Notes under the pieces: generated by a model
What the model was told of the DNA's origin: nothing
Seen by the model: only the letters and a program-made list of their open reading frames with translations
The model's database searches: none
IMG/VR virus record: IMGVR_UViG_3300035181_000357
Location: 1-64,000 of that record
Length of the DNA stretch: 64,000 nt
Reading direction: 5' to 3' (one strand)
Shown here: positions 38,494-49,171 of the stretch, one piece after another
Numbering within the stretch: position 1 is the stretch's first letter
Layout: every line of letters starts with the position of its first letter
Position numbers and translations under genes: made by a program

Positions 38494-41400
38494 TTATAGA
38501 ATATTTCCTGGAGACTGGATTAAGATCATCTGTGGTGGAATAGAAGGTAGAATACCAATCTGTACGATATTGCTATATGGTGATATCCCATCCTTGTTTC
38601 CAGATATCATCCTGAACTTATATTGATGATTTATGATATCGAATCCATCTGTTGCAGTTGTCAGAATGATTCCAGAATTTACTCTCTTAAGGAACAGGAA
38701 TGTCCCGGAGTCTGTAGCCATCTCAATATCATAATAATCTACGAGATCACTACGAACTTGAGACCAGGATAAGACGATTATAGAACCAGAAGACAGAGGA
38801 GAATTTAGAACAGGTGCTTGAGGGGTACCGAGATATGTATTATTAGTCTTGAACAGAAGTTCACCAGTGAAGATATTCTGATTGATGGTGTTACCTTTGT
38901 CCCATGCCCCTATTACTCTCTTATTTGATAATTCCAACAGAGTCTCATATGAATTTCCATTGGTATCCAGGGATCCTATTAGGATTCTCCCTGAGTTGAG
39001 ATTCTCCATATCTGCGAATCTTATAAACTGAATGTTATTAGCACCTACAAGAGTTTCTGTTTCTGTAGAGATAAACATATTCTGTCTGACATCTTCTAAA
39101 TTTGTAGTAGATACTTGAAATAGGAATATCCCAAACTCCCCAGATAGCGCGAAGACACGAGCACCTTGAAATGGGAATGTAGCAGATATTCTATTAAATG
39201 TTCCAGATACTAGGGTAGTCAGTAGTAATTCCTGATCTGGATAATCACTGATGTTATTGAACCCAGGAGATGAGTACTTGAATATAGAGAGCCCATCAAC
39301 ATCTGAGATCAATAGATATGTAACATCATCTTCTGTATGAACAGCATCTAAGATATTTCCTCTATAACTGATTCTTCTTCTATAAAATGTAGGTGCACCG
39401 ACACCGTAATCATCCATTACCAGGACAGATTTACTACTTATAAATAATTTTCTAATTAATCCATTAGTATTAGTACCTGACTTGAACAGGAACGCATCTG
39501 ATAGAGATGTTGGAGTTATTGCTGCTGGTTCAGTCCATGAGCTGGAAGTATTTCTTAATGCTATTCTATTAGGATTTGGTCTAGTTTTTGTTAGAGTACT
39601 AGAATCTAGTAACCATCCTCCGATAGCAGGTACGACAATATCCATCTCCGCTATTACAGCAGTATTTATCTCATCAGTTACAGTCAATTGAAATGTTAAA
39701 ATCTCACCAACCGGATTAGTTCTATATAATTTTACTTCCAAATCCTTTAATGTTTTAGATGATGTCTGAACAACTGTGCCAGCAGTTTGTAACCAAGAAT
39801 ATGATAAAACATCTCCATCGACATCTGTCACCGTCGGTACTATTGTATATATGTCATTTCTAGCAGCATTGTGAGTACCGAGAGTTGGCATCGTTATCAC
39901 AGGAGCATGATTTAAAGTTAGATAGAGGGGGACTGTTGCTACTTGTGGTGTGTTAGCTGGAACTCCTGCTGGTACAGTGTCAGTAACTGTAAGTGTCAAC
40001 GTTATAGTACGAGCAGCAGGTCCTATAGCTTTTTCTGCTATCACAGAGATGGTTGGTCCAGATCCAATCACATGGAATTTACCAGTGATATCATCACTAG
40101 TCCATACGAAATCCATAGGGTCTAAATCTGGATCATAGGTTGTAGAAGCATCTACGATATGCTCTATACCTCTTACTAAATTTACAGATGTAGGAGATAT
40201 AGATACTACAGGCGGGAGGTTAAGATGTGATATGTAATAGACATCTCCCGCTTTCGTAGTCCTATTGTATTTATACCCTAAAATATACCAATCTGACAGA
40301 TTATCAGAATAGTCTTTACTTCCTCTTAACCCAGTATACGATGATTGAGAAACATTAGTAACGATTGGAGTTATCCCCATCGTCAGAGGATCTAGAAGAT
40401 ATGTCTGCAGGAATCCAGACTCAGCTACGACTTTATTCGTTATCGGAAATTCTAGAACACTTATAAATATTTCAGATACAGCATTTATTGAAGGGGTTGG
40501 TTCTGCCCATGATACTGTGTTAGTTCCATTAAATGTTTTATAATTCCAGGTAGATAAGGGAGCTACAGATAAATAACCTACGAGTGAAGAAGATGTTAGA
40601 GTTCCTTCTTTAGTCTGAATACTATATGATTGAGTGATTACCAGATCGTCTGTAGCTGTCTTTAATACTGTCAACTTATCATCTGTATATCTAGCTGAAG
40701 TACTCTGTATTGTTTGAATGGATCCTGTGACGAAAGTCCCTGCTCCTGGTGTAGTCTTTATCCTATTAACAAGAATATTTTTATCTTTAAATAGAAGAAC
40801 TCTTGGATGTTCAGTATAGAATATATCTACGGAAGTCGTATCTCCTGGTGTTATTACCATAGATAGACCGCCAATAGTTGTGTCATCCTTTATCACTTGT
40901 CCACCAGATACCCAGGTTCCAGGATCTGTAACAGAAGAGACACTGAAAGTATCTAGGGTAGTACTAGTGATGGTATGGATCCCATTATATGTAGTAGGTG
41001 TGGCACTTTCTACGACAACCTTATCACCCACCACATATGTATGTGGTAGGAGAGTCTTATATGTCGTGACTCCTGCAGACCATAGTGTTCCAGTTCCCAA
41101 TTTAGAATTTAAAATAGCTGAATAGTTTATGGCAGTATCTGTATTATCCAGTGTATAACATAAAATACCTGCTGGTACGGCTGGTGTAACAGATTCCAAA
41201 ACCGATATAGCTGCTTGAAAATTTCCATCTGTCGTGCGAATTAGGTCGTAACCACCATGACTCTTGCTCCCAGTCATAAGAGTGGTTTGAGTCAGAGTAT
41301 CTGTGGCAACGACATACTTGTACTTATGTACATCATATCTTAAGAAATCAAAATAAGCTGTAGATCCTAGGAAATGTAGGTCAGTCCCATCTGTTATTAA

Positions 41401-41610
41401 CACTGGATCGAATTTCTTGGTCCCAGCAGGGAGTGTTATAGTGTGGATGATAGAAAAGGTTTGACCTTGATCGCTAGACTTATATATAACAGCATTTCCA
41501 TCTACTCTAATATTACTTACTACATATATATCTGTTGCAATTTTGACTATAGAAGAATTCCCAGTAAGATCTGGAAACGTAGAACTTACTGGGTCAATCC
41601 TTGTAATCAT
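38494..41610 (-). CDS. Large virion protein with PKD/Ig-like and FN3-like domains
   Basis: VDASTTYDPDLDPMDFVW, DVDGDVLSYSWLQTAG PKD motifs; C-terminal LSW...Y.I...YKFR...N..G.S FN3. Confidence 0.65.
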   Translation of the reverse strand: MITRIDPVSSTFPDLTGNSSIVKIATDIYVVSNIRVDGNAVIYKSSDQGQTFSIIHTITLPAGTKKFDPVLITDGTDLHFLGSTAYFDFLRYDVHKYKYVVATDTLTQTTLMTGSKSHGGYDLIRTTDGNFQAAISVLESVTPAVPAGILCYTLDNTDTAINYSAILNSKLGTGTLWSAGVTTYKTLLPHTYVVGDKVVVESATPTTYNGIHTITSTTLDTFSVSSVTDPGTWVSGGQVIKDDTTIGGLSMVITPGDTTSVDIFYTEHPRVLLFKDKNILVNRIKTTPGAGTFVTGSIQTIQSTSARYTDDKLTVLKTATDDLVITQSYSIQTKEGTLTSSSLVGYLSVAPLSTWNYKTFNGTNTVSWAEPTPSINAVSEIFISVLEFPITNKVVAESGFLQTYLLDPLTMGITPIVTNVSQSSYTGLRGSKDYSDNLSDWYILGYKYNRTTKAGDVYYISHLNLPPVVSISPTSVNLVRGIEHIVDASTTYDPDLDPMDFVWTSDDITGKFHVIGSGPTISVIAEKAIGPAARTITLTLTVTDTVPAGVPANTPQVATVPLYLTLNHAPVITMPTLGTHNAARNDIYTIVPTVTDVDGDVLSYSWLQTAGTVVQTSSKTLKDLEVKLYRTNPVGEILTFQLTVTDEINTAVIAEMDIVVPAIGGWLLDSSTLTKTRPNPNRIALRNTSSSWTEPAAITPTSLSDAFLFKSGTNTNGLIRKLFISSKSVLVMDDYGVGAPTFYRRRISYRGNILDAVHTEDDVTYLLISDVDGLSIFKYSSPGFNNISDYPDQELLLTTLVSGTFNRISATFPFQGARVFALSGEFGIFLFQVSTTNLEDVRQNMFISTETETLVGANNIQFIRFADMENLNSGRILIGSLDTNGNSYETLLELSNKRVIGAWDKGNTINQNIFTGELLFKTNNTYLGTPQAPVLNSPLSSGSIIVLSWSQVRSDLVDYYDIEMATDSGTFLFLKRVNSGIILTTATDGFDIINHQYKFRMISGNKDGISPYSNIVQIGILPSIPPQMILIQSPGNIL

Positions 41611-41612
41611 TC

Positions 41613-43868
41613 TTAAACGCCTTCACCGCTACCTTCTAATCCAACTTCATCAGAATCTTTTTCTTCTAATCGTAAGCCCTTTGCAATCTTGGATTTCAGA
41701 TCAGTAGTATCGAGGAGCTGCTCATTAACACCTCCACCATAAATTGAGTCGAGAAGTTGATTAAACTTAGAGTCGTTGACTGTGAACAAATCCTCTTCCA
41801 GCTTTCTTCTGCAGGTCTCAGGATCAATGTTTAAGAATTCGTAGATAATCTCGATTGGTACAGCACCCTTTGAATAGAGGTTGAACAGCATCTCATATAC
41901 GTCACCAGAATCTCTTAAAGCTAATCTGGAGAAGTTGATCTTAGGATAGATCCAACGAGGTCTGTTGTAATTATCTAGTTCGAAGAATCCCTTCTTCATA
42001 GCGATCGGTTTGAAGAAATCCTTCTCCATCAGATTGGAGATCGTCTCTCTATATAAGACATATGTGGTATTTAAGAGTTCTAAATGAATTCTGTTACCAG
42101 AATAGAATCCTTCACCAGTAAGGAGATCAGGACTGAACCCCAAACCAGTGGATAAGTCGGCATTTGTATGAGTCCACTCAGAGTCTAGTGCTAGAATACG
42201 ACCCTCAGATCCGATCTCATTCCATGTTGCATCGTAGTTAACGACGATTGTGTAATCTGGATCAGATTTAGCCTCGTCAATATGGGCTCGAAGGGCCATA
42301 GTCTCAGTGCTGGATATATCTGGGGCTACCACCAGTGTCTTTGGTGTCATATTTCTACTGACAATGGTTGTCTGAACCTGCCTGAGCTTGTCACGATATA
42401 TTACAGTACGAAGACAACGCTGTAGAATTGAACGTCCATGGTCTTCATATGGAGCTTTCTTTCTAGCGAAATGGATTAAGAAGCTACCCTTTAAAGGATC
42501 TTGATTGAGTGGGATCTTCCCATCTGTTTCCAAGACATCTCTAGTATCTTTATCGATATTAGGATCCTTCATGAATGCTTCCTTCTGGAATTCAGAAGGT
42601 TCATAGAACACGACAGGACCATCACCGAATCTAGCATCTCTTCTGATCTCAACTCTATCAGGTGGGATCATCTGAATTCTGGACCAGCCGCTGTAATCTT
42701 TGTTTACAATGTGGGAAAACAGCTCGTACTCGTGTTCTCTAGCTTCTCGGATTACCTTTAACTCAGATAATAGTTCCTTTTTCTTCTCCAAGAGAACGAG
42801 GAGCTTCTGAAGATCAGCAATTTCTTCTTTATCATCACTTAATTCATCGTCGTCTTCTGGTGTTGGAGAAAGATCTGGATCCTCAGAATCAGGACTGGTC
42901 TGTTGTTGGAGGTTATCTCCTACACCTTGTTCCTGCTCCTGATCTTTCTCTTGCTGAATCTCTAATGGAGATCTCATCTCCTTAGCTGCATCAGCATTAC
43001 TATCTTCTTTGTCTGCCTCGTCACCAGGAAGAGCGATTTTCATCGCAGCTACCTTTGATTTTACTTTAGCGATCTTTGTCTTGAGCTTTAGATGTGCACT
43101 TCTTATCTGTTTTAGGAGATTACTCTCTGTTTCAGTAGAAAGGCCTAGTTTCTTAGCTTCACGTATCCTTGAAGACTTAGCTGGATTGATGAACTGAATG
43201 ATGTCCATGTCATCAATACCATTAGCAGGATGCATATCTCCTTCACCAGAAGATTGATCTCGATCTCCACCCTCTCCACGACCACCTCTAGCTTTGATCT
43301 GCTTAGCAGCCTCTTCGCAGAGTGGCACATCTTCTTCTGAATCTTCTACGTACAAGAAGGCCTCTCCAATCAACCAGTATTCTTTAGTTGCTTGAAGCAA
43401 AGAATCGAATAACTCGGTATCTGATACGAGAGCCTGATAGAAATCATAAATGTAATCGGTGAATGCCTCAGAACTAGATTTTGGCTTCTCCAAAATCATC
43501 TTAGACATAGGCAATTCAGTATGAAGATCGATTGCTCGGGATACGATAGGATCTCTATCATATGAGAGTCTGTAGAACTTTAATTCTTCTTTTCTAGATT
43601 GAGGTAATTCCAGGGAATCTACTGGAAATTCAAAATTATAGTATCCAATATTCTGTGAATCAGCGATGTCAGCAGAACCCAAACCACCATCACCAAAGAG
43701 AATAGCCTGTTTACGAATGCCACCAGTCTTGGAGACTCCTAAAGCTATCGATCCATCTTCATTTTGATAAGTATATGAACCTGCAGAAAATGGTTCAGGT
43801 TTCTTATTTCGAGAAGTTGGTCTAGCAGCAGTTTTTCTCTTCACAGGTTGTTTCTTTGGATCTGCCAT
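41613..43868 (-). CDS. Portal protein with large acidic/coiled insertion
   Basis: DPIVSRAIDLHTELP, EYWLIGEAF, GRSILQRC; helical content and position near terminase and head genes. Confidence 0.72.
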   Translation of the reverse strand: MADPKKQPVKRKTAARPTSRNKKPEPFSAGSYTYQNEDGSIALGVSKTGGIRKQAILFGDGGLGSADIADSQNIGYYNFEFPVDSLELPQSRKEELKFYRLSYDRDPIVSRAIDLHTELPMSKMILEKPKSSSEAFTDYIYDFYQALVSDTELFDSLLQATKEYWLIGEAFLYVEDSEEDVPLCEEAAKQIKARGGRGEGGDRDQSSGEGDMHPANGIDDMDIIQFINPAKSSRIREAKKLGLSTETESNLLKQIRSAHLKLKTKIAKVKSKVAAMKIALPGDEADKEDSNADAAKEMRSPLEIQQEKDQEQEQGVGDNLQQQTSPDSEDPDLSPTPEDDDELSDDKEEIADLQKLLVLLEKKKELLSELKVIREAREHEYELFSHIVNKDYSGWSRIQMIPPDRVEIRRDARFGDGPVVFYEPSEFQKEAFMKDPNIDKDTRDVLETDGKIPLNQDPLKGSFLIHFARKKAPYEDHGRSILQRCLRTVIYRDKLRQVQTTIVSRNMTPKTLVVAPDISSTETMALRAHIDEAKSDPDYTIVVNYDATWNEIGSEGRILALDSEWTHTNADLSTGLGFSPDLLTGEGFYSGNRIHLELLNTTYVLYRETISNLMEKDFFKPIAMKKGFFELDNYNRPRWIYPKINFSRLALRDSGDVYEMLFNLYSKGAVPIEIIYEFLNIDPETCRRKLEEDLFTVNDSKFNQLLDSIYGGGVNEQLLDTTDLKSKIAKGLRLEEKDSDEVGLEGSGEGV

Positions 43869-43921
43869 ATAAATACCTCTATCATAATAGGAAATGACAG
43901 TCTATTAATGTAATGCTGTGA

Positions 43922-44260
43922 TTACTTGACTTCTTTTTCCAGATCAGCTTCTAAAGTAGCTAATTCCCTGATACTCTTCTCGTAATCTGCATCAAGCTTT
44001 GACATCTGCTGTCTGGCTCGAAGGTCCAGATCTAACATTTGTTTGAATAGAGGATCTAGTTCCTGAGGATGTGGTCTCTTAGAAAGAGCTTGAAGCATAG
44101 AAGTTCTATCAGCGATACTCCTCTTAAGATGGACTAGGCCAGATCGTAATGGTATTAAAGCACTTACAATCTGCTGAACTTCCTGGTATCTGGCTACCTT
44201 CTTTTTGAGTTCTCTAGTCTTCTTTTCAGCTTCTCTCTTTAACGCAGCTTCTGTTTTCAT
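43922..44260 (-). CDS. Coiled-coil hypothetical protein
   Basis: 112 aa, heptad-rich. Confidence 0.55.
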   Translation of the reverse strand: MKTEAALKREAEKKTRELKKKVARYQEVQQIVSALIPLRSGLVHLKRSIADRTSMLQALSKRPHPQELDPLFKQMLDLDLRARQQMSKLDADYEKSIRELATLEADLEKEVK

Positions 44261-47200
44261 TTCTTCCTTTTCTTAAACTCATCAGGAATATCTTTCTTAA
44301 AAACCTTATCGATAGCACTTCTCTTACCTTTGTAACCGAACACTACCTTTGAGTTTCCGATCCCCAGATACTTAATAAGTTCTTCGAAATCCTCTGGTCT
44401 TAGATCATCTCGAAGAAATGGAAACCCATCCTCATGATATTCATATTCAACAGGTTCTTCATCTTCTCTTCTTGGGATATGTGCTGGCTCTGCTACTTCT
44501 ATCTCCTCTTCCACCTCATCTGTCTCTACTACGAGTTTCATAACAGGTTTGATGATCGTAACATTAGGATTGCTAAGAGTTCCTAGGCGACCACCTGCTG
44601 GTAACTCTGGTCTATTCTTTGGATCTAATCCCATTCTCTCTTCATATTCAGCTATGGTTTCTAATTTTGAGTCATCTAGTTCCTGGTCTATACCCCAGAA
44701 CTCATCTAGTTGATAACATACGATCAATTTAATCCTGAGGGTTTTAACATCCTTATCCAGGTAGGATTTTAGCACCTGCTGGGCAGATTGGGTACGAGGA
44801 TGTAGGTTCTTCTCTAGATAAGATAAAGCCTTATCCCTCTTGTCCGGATCTTGTAGAGCCTCAAAAATCTTATTAAAGGATTTAGTCCCACCTGGTATAT
44901 ATTCTTCCAGGCCAGAAATTGCTGTCCAGGCCATTGGTTCATGTCCATCATCACCCGTCAGATGTTCTGTGACGTCCCAAGAACGACCATATTCTGTATC
45001 ACACTCAATAGGAACGATCCATTTCATCTTCTCGTGAAGATCACGAAGTCTCATCAACCTAGTCAACCTAGGAATGACGAATGGGACATATTCATTCTTT
45101 ACAGAATAGTCGATTTCATCGTGAACGCTACCGTGTAGCTCATAGACATTCTCTATACCTGGATCAGACTGGGACCAGTGTCGAATCCGATTCAAAGCCA
45201 TACGCATGAAATCACCAGCCAGACCCTGAAGAGGGATATTGATACTAACTCTCTGGATCTTACCGATAAACTTCTTGTAATCCTGCATATTTCTTACACC
45301 AGTAGATTTATCATAATACATGGTGTCTGCAGCTTTACGCAATCTGGCAATAGCACCTGGTGGAACATCTTCACCAGCCTTTTCTTGAGATTCTAGTTCT
45401 TTCAGAGAATTCTTTATCTCCCACCAACGGCGATAGTTCCTAGCATGCTCAGCATTTGGGTAATAAATCTTCTGAGCAGCCATTGCGGATTCAAATTTAA
45501 TGATTCTACCCGTTGCTGTCTTGCAGATCATACTCTCTTTAGCAATCTTCTGCTTATGATATACCCATTCTGCAAACTGTGGGACACCTTCCCAATACTT
45601 ATCAACCATGACTTTACACTCGTCGAAAGTAATTTCTTTGATTACCTTCTTCATCGACTCAAAGATGGTGTAGGCCGTACCACCATACAAAAGAGCGAAG
45701 TTCAAGATCTTGGCGAGCGATCTTAAGAATTTCTTTCTATCCTTTGGTGTCTTAGGATCAGAGAATTCAGGGAATACAGCTCTTGCTGTTAACGAGTGGA
45801 AGTCACCCTCACCTTCAAGGAATTCCTTAACGAAATTATCTTCTTTAGAGATATTAGCAGCCACACGCATTTCAATGTTGGAATAGTCTGTCGTAAAGAA
45901 TGTCCATCCAATCTTAGCAATGAACAAACTTCTAATATTCAGAATTTCTTCTGAATCGACCTTTTCAGACGTCGTATCTGGACCCTGAATGAACTCACAT
46001 GATGTACAAGATGGTACTAGACAGAACAAATCACCAAAGTATTCACCATAATGATTCCCTTTGATCCCTTTAGCTAGTTTCAAGGTCCCATCATCTTCTT
46101 TATTATAACAGGAAGGATGGAGGTCTTTTATATCATATTGGGCTTCTGGAACTGAGTTGATTCGTCGTCCCTGAACCCACTTATTACCTTCCACTCTCTT
46201 AATGGCTTGGATGTTAAGACCGAACCCTCCATCTTTCTCAAACTCACCACCAGTAGCTGACAAACGACCACCAGCTACTACGCACTGTCGAAGGTAGATT
46301 CGTGCCGTATGATCAACAGGATCATATGATAGATTTCCAGGATGAAGAGCAGCATATTCACGATATTCCATCAATTTCTTCAAGAACAGGTCATCTGGAT
46401 GAATCTTTAGCAATTCTTCTAAAGTCTCTGCATCGGTGGATGGTACCTTTGTCTTTTCACTCACTCTGAAAGGTTTAAATCCTTTATGCTTGAACAGAAT
46501 CTTGACTAACTGGATAGGAGAAGATGGATTAAAGACATCCCCGTCTTCACCTTCAATCTTCTTCCATTCTGCAATCTCTTCTAGCTCTTTCTTCAGAACT
46601 TCTAGTTTCCCGCCATGCCACTTGATTGTCTTCTTAAGCTTCTTCACATCAACATGGAAACGCTGACGCTCAATCCAGGTGATTGTGTCAATCAACTCAT
46701 GATCAATCTTATGTGCTAATTTTAATTCTCTGGAACTGTCTCGAAGCTCATCCCATAGGAGCCAAGTGCAGATAGCGTCACCTGCTGCATACCAGAGAGC
46801 GATGTCAGTGGGTACCCAGTTAAATGGAGCATGCTGTGATCGTAACGTAGTTTTTCCAGTTTCTGAGTTATAATAATCTGCCTTGACACTAGTCAAGGTC
46901 TTTAACTCAATCTGATCCATATCCAATCTTGTCTTGGACTGGAACTTCAAACCATCTGCAGCATGTCCTTTATCTCCCATATCTGCCTTGGGATCATCTA
47001 AGTATGCATCTACTTGAACATCTTCAATATATGGGTATTCTCTAATCAGAATGTTCATTAGAAGTTTAAGGACTTCTTTGTCGTATTTAGCATTGTAGAA
47101 GATCAAGAGACACTTATCGAAGAGTTCCTGTAGGATCTGCCTACATTCCTCTCTGTCTATATTGTTCCCATCCTCGTGAGTAATTGGAACATAGATACCT

Positions 47201-47589
47201 TCATACCCATTAGAGCTTAAACAGATACCTGCAATCTCATTCCTAATCTTATAGGAACCATCTGGTTGCATAATGATTCTGTTATCCAGACCAGTGGTCT
47301 CAGTATCCACTGCGATCGCTGGCATTCTTTCACCAGTACGAGCTACCTCATACTTCTCTCCAGACATAACTGATTCTGCCCAGACATGGAGTTCCTTGGC
47401 ACTAGTTATTAGTCTGAACGCCTTCTTATTCATCCATGGGAATTTGATTGAATCGATTCCGGCCTTCTGAATAGCGTCTACGTGTCTGTTGAACACAGAC
47501 CTTAGATCGTTGGGCAATTTTTCTTTCTTGGCTTTCTTGACCAACTTCATATCGTCAATAGATATGTCCTCGGTGACTACTCTAGACAT
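44257..47589 (-). CDS. polA: DNA polymerase family A with 3'-5' exonuclease
   Basis: Exo DTETTG, YNAKYD and YAAGD; motif A DYSNIEMR; motif B KILNFALLYG; motif C HGSVHDEI. Confidence 0.93.
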   Translation of the reverse strand: MSRVVTEDISIDDMKLVKKAKKEKLPNDLRSVFNRHVDAIQKAGIDSIKFPWMNKKAFRLITSAKELHVWAESVMSGEKYEVARTGERMPAIAVDTETTGLDNRIIMQPDGSYKIRNEIAGICLSSNGYEGIYVPITHEDGNNIDREECRQILQELFDKCLLIFYNAKYDKEVLKLLMNILIREYPYIEDVQVDAYLDDPKADMGDKGHAADGLKFQSKTRLDMDQIELKTLTSVKADYYNSETGKTTLRSQHAPFNWVPTDIALWYAAGDAICTWLLWDELRDSSRELKLAHKIDHELIDTITWIERQRFHVDVKKLKKTIKWHGGKLEVLKKELEEIAEWKKIEGEDGDVFNPSSPIQLVKILFKHKGFKPFRVSEKTKVPSTDAETLEELLKIHPDDLFLKKLMEYREYAALHPGNLSYDPVDHTARIYLRQCVVAGGRLSATGGEFEKDGGFGLNIQAIKRVEGNKWVQGRRINSVPEAQYDIKDLHPSCYNKEDDGTLKLAKGIKGNHYGEYFGDLFCLVPSCTSCEFIQGPDTTSEKVDSEEILNIRSLFIAKIGWTFFTTDYSNIEMRVAANISKEDNFVKEFLEGEGDFHSLTARAVFPEFSDPKTPKDRKKFLRSLAKILNFALLYGGTAYTIFESMKKVIKEITFDECKVMVDKYWEGVPQFAEWVYHKQKIAKESMICKTATGRIIKFESAMAAQKIYYPNAEHARNYRRWWEIKNSLKELESQEKAGEDVPPGAIARLRKAADTMYYDKSTGVRNMQDYKKFIGKIQRVSINIPLQGLAGDFMRMALNRIRHWSQSDPGIENVYELHGSVHDEIDYSVKNEYVPFVIPRLTRLMRLRDLHEKMKWIVPIECDTEYGRSWDVTEHLTGDDGHEPMAWTAISGLEEYIPGGTKSFNKIFEALQDPDKRDKALSYLEKNLHPRTQSAQQVLKSYLDKDVKTLRIKLIVCYQLDEFWGIDQELDDSKLETIAEYEERMGLDPKNRPELPAGGRLGTLSNPNVTIIKPVMKLVVETDEVEEEIEVAEPAHIPRREDEEPVEYEYHEDGFPFLRDDLRPEDFEELIKYLGIGNSKVVFGYKGKRSAIDKVFKKDIPDEFKKRKK

Positions 47590-48223
47590 TAAATTCTCCA
47601 GCTCTCAACCTTTGTTCCTTCAATCTCAAGATACTCCGAACCTTACTCAATCCCAGGACTCTTGCACAGGGTAATGGATCGTTAGATTTCTCACCTAGGA
47701 AGTAGAATCGCATAAGTTCCTTTACTAAACCAACCTTGTCTTCAGTCTCTGCAGCGACTAGTTCCGAAACTCGCCTAATATAAAGATCCTTCACATCAGT
47801 GAATTCCAAGAGGATGATATTCTCTTCTTCCACATCCTCTAAGTCGTCTTCCATCTTTGGAAGATTATATTTCTCTTCTAACCATTTAAGGGCTGCAACT
47901 CTTGTGGTGCCCATAAGTCGGGATACTAGTTTAGTATGATCCCAATATTGATCGCCAGGAGGACAACCGTAGCAATACGCGTCGTTAGATCGTTGGTACA
48001 AATGGAAACTTGGATTTGAATCACGTCCGTGAAATGGACATGAAATTGAATCACCTTTCGGAATCTTCCCAGTAACTTCTAGTGCCAGATCTCTGAAATC
48101 AATCAATTCTCTTATACGATCCCATCTCTTCTCAGAGATCTGCTTGTATGAAGAACCTAACAGTAATCTCGCTTCTTCTCTACTAAATTCTACATCCTCA
48201 ATGTCCTTGAAGTCTTCTGACAT
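47582..48223 (-). CDS. Stand-alone CHC2 (DnaG-type) zinc-finger protein
   Basis: CPFH....PSF......YCYGC, no TOPRIM domain. Confidence 0.8.
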   Translation of the reverse strand: MSEDFKDIEDVEFSREEARLLLGSSYKQISEKRWDRIRELIDFRDLALEVTGKIPKGDSISCPFHGRDSNPSFHLYQRSNDAYCYGCPPGDQYWDHTKLVSRLMGTTRVAALKWLEEKYNLPKMEDDLEDVEEENIILLEFTDVKDLYIRRVSELVAAETEDKVGLVKELMRFYFLGEKSNDPLPCARVLGLSKVRSILRLKEQRLRAGEFNV

Positions 48224-48258
48224 TTATTTCCTCTTAAGTCTTAGATACTTTAAAGGCT

Positions 48259-48293
48259 TGGACCCCGAGGTCGTTTAATTTCCTCGAGGTCCA
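48259..48293 (-). terminator. 12-bp RNA hairpin downstream of the sigma-like gene
   Basis: UGGACCUCGAGG / CCUCGGGGUCCA pairs fully (one G.U) only on the minus strand; weak U-tract. Confidence 0.5.
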
Positions 48294-48322
48294 TCTTGTC
48301 TTAATTAGCGTATTCTTTCCGG

Positions 48323-49144
48323 TTATACCTTACTAGTCTTACGTGTGTAGATCTTCCTCTTGTTGGGGATCTTCTGAAGTCCCTTAGAGTACACACTAGC
48401 CAAGATACGGAGTCTCGACTTGAGTCTATTTAGTTCTTCCATCTTGAGTCCGGCAACTTCACAGATCTCAGACATAGAATTATTCTGCATGAACAAGGTA
48501 GCCGTCTTCAGCGTATCTGGCTCGTTCTTCTTAAGGAATTTCACGAATCCTTTAACGAAGTGGGTAGTATCCATAGAATCTGCAAAATTCAAATCGACCA
48601 AGTGGGAACAGTTGTGTTTGGTGAACAGGTCTTCAAGAGTCACTGTTCCTGGAACATAACTTTCTGCTGATTCTGGAGCATCGAAGGAGATCATCAAGGT
48701 ATTGCGTTGAGTAATCGGCTCTCTGGTTCTCTTTCTGATACAAATCATATACTTTCTAGTAAGTAGAAGATTGATGTAGAAGAAGAATTTTCCAGCAGAT
48801 TTGCCACCAATTCTGTCACCCGAGAATGACATGATTCGATCTTTGATTCCCTTGGCCTGGCCATTTTTAGAGACTGTAAGAATATATTCTACCATATCAT
48901 GGGTGAAATCTTCTAACAGTTCGTTCGGACAGCGGTGTCTGATAAGCCAAGTCTTTATATACTTTGGATATCTGTTATTAAACTCTTCGAAATTCATTGG
49001 AACAACAAAGTCATCATCAACAGACACGACTTCCTTGTAACTGAAATCCGATTTCTTCGTTGCTAAATCCAGTTCCTTCTTATCTTCTTCTGTCATCTCT
49101 TCGTCAAGGATAACATCATTTAGGTCTGACAAGCGTTCCTCCAT
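48323..49144 (-). CDS. Sigma70-family (ECF-like) sigma factor
   Basis: LLEDFTHDM...KFFFYI...Y...IRK region-2-like; SMSEICEVAGL...L.RLKSRL region-4 HTH. Confidence 0.6.
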   Translation of the reverse strand: MEERLSDLNDVILDEEMTEEDKKELDLATKKSDFSYKEVVSVDDDFVVPMNFEEFNNRYPKYIKTWLIRHRCPNELLEDFTHDMVEYILTVSKNGQAKGIKDRIMSFSGDRIGGKSAGKFFFYINLLLTRKYMICIRKRTREPITQRNTLMISFDAPESAESYVPGTVTLEDLFTKHNCSHLVDLNFADSMDTTHFVKGFVKFLKKNEPDTLKTATLFMQNNSMSEICEVAGLKMEELNRLKSRLRILASVYSKGLQKIPNKRKIYTRKTSKV

Positions 49145-49171
49145 GGAGTTTGAAGTTGATACTCCTTGCTC

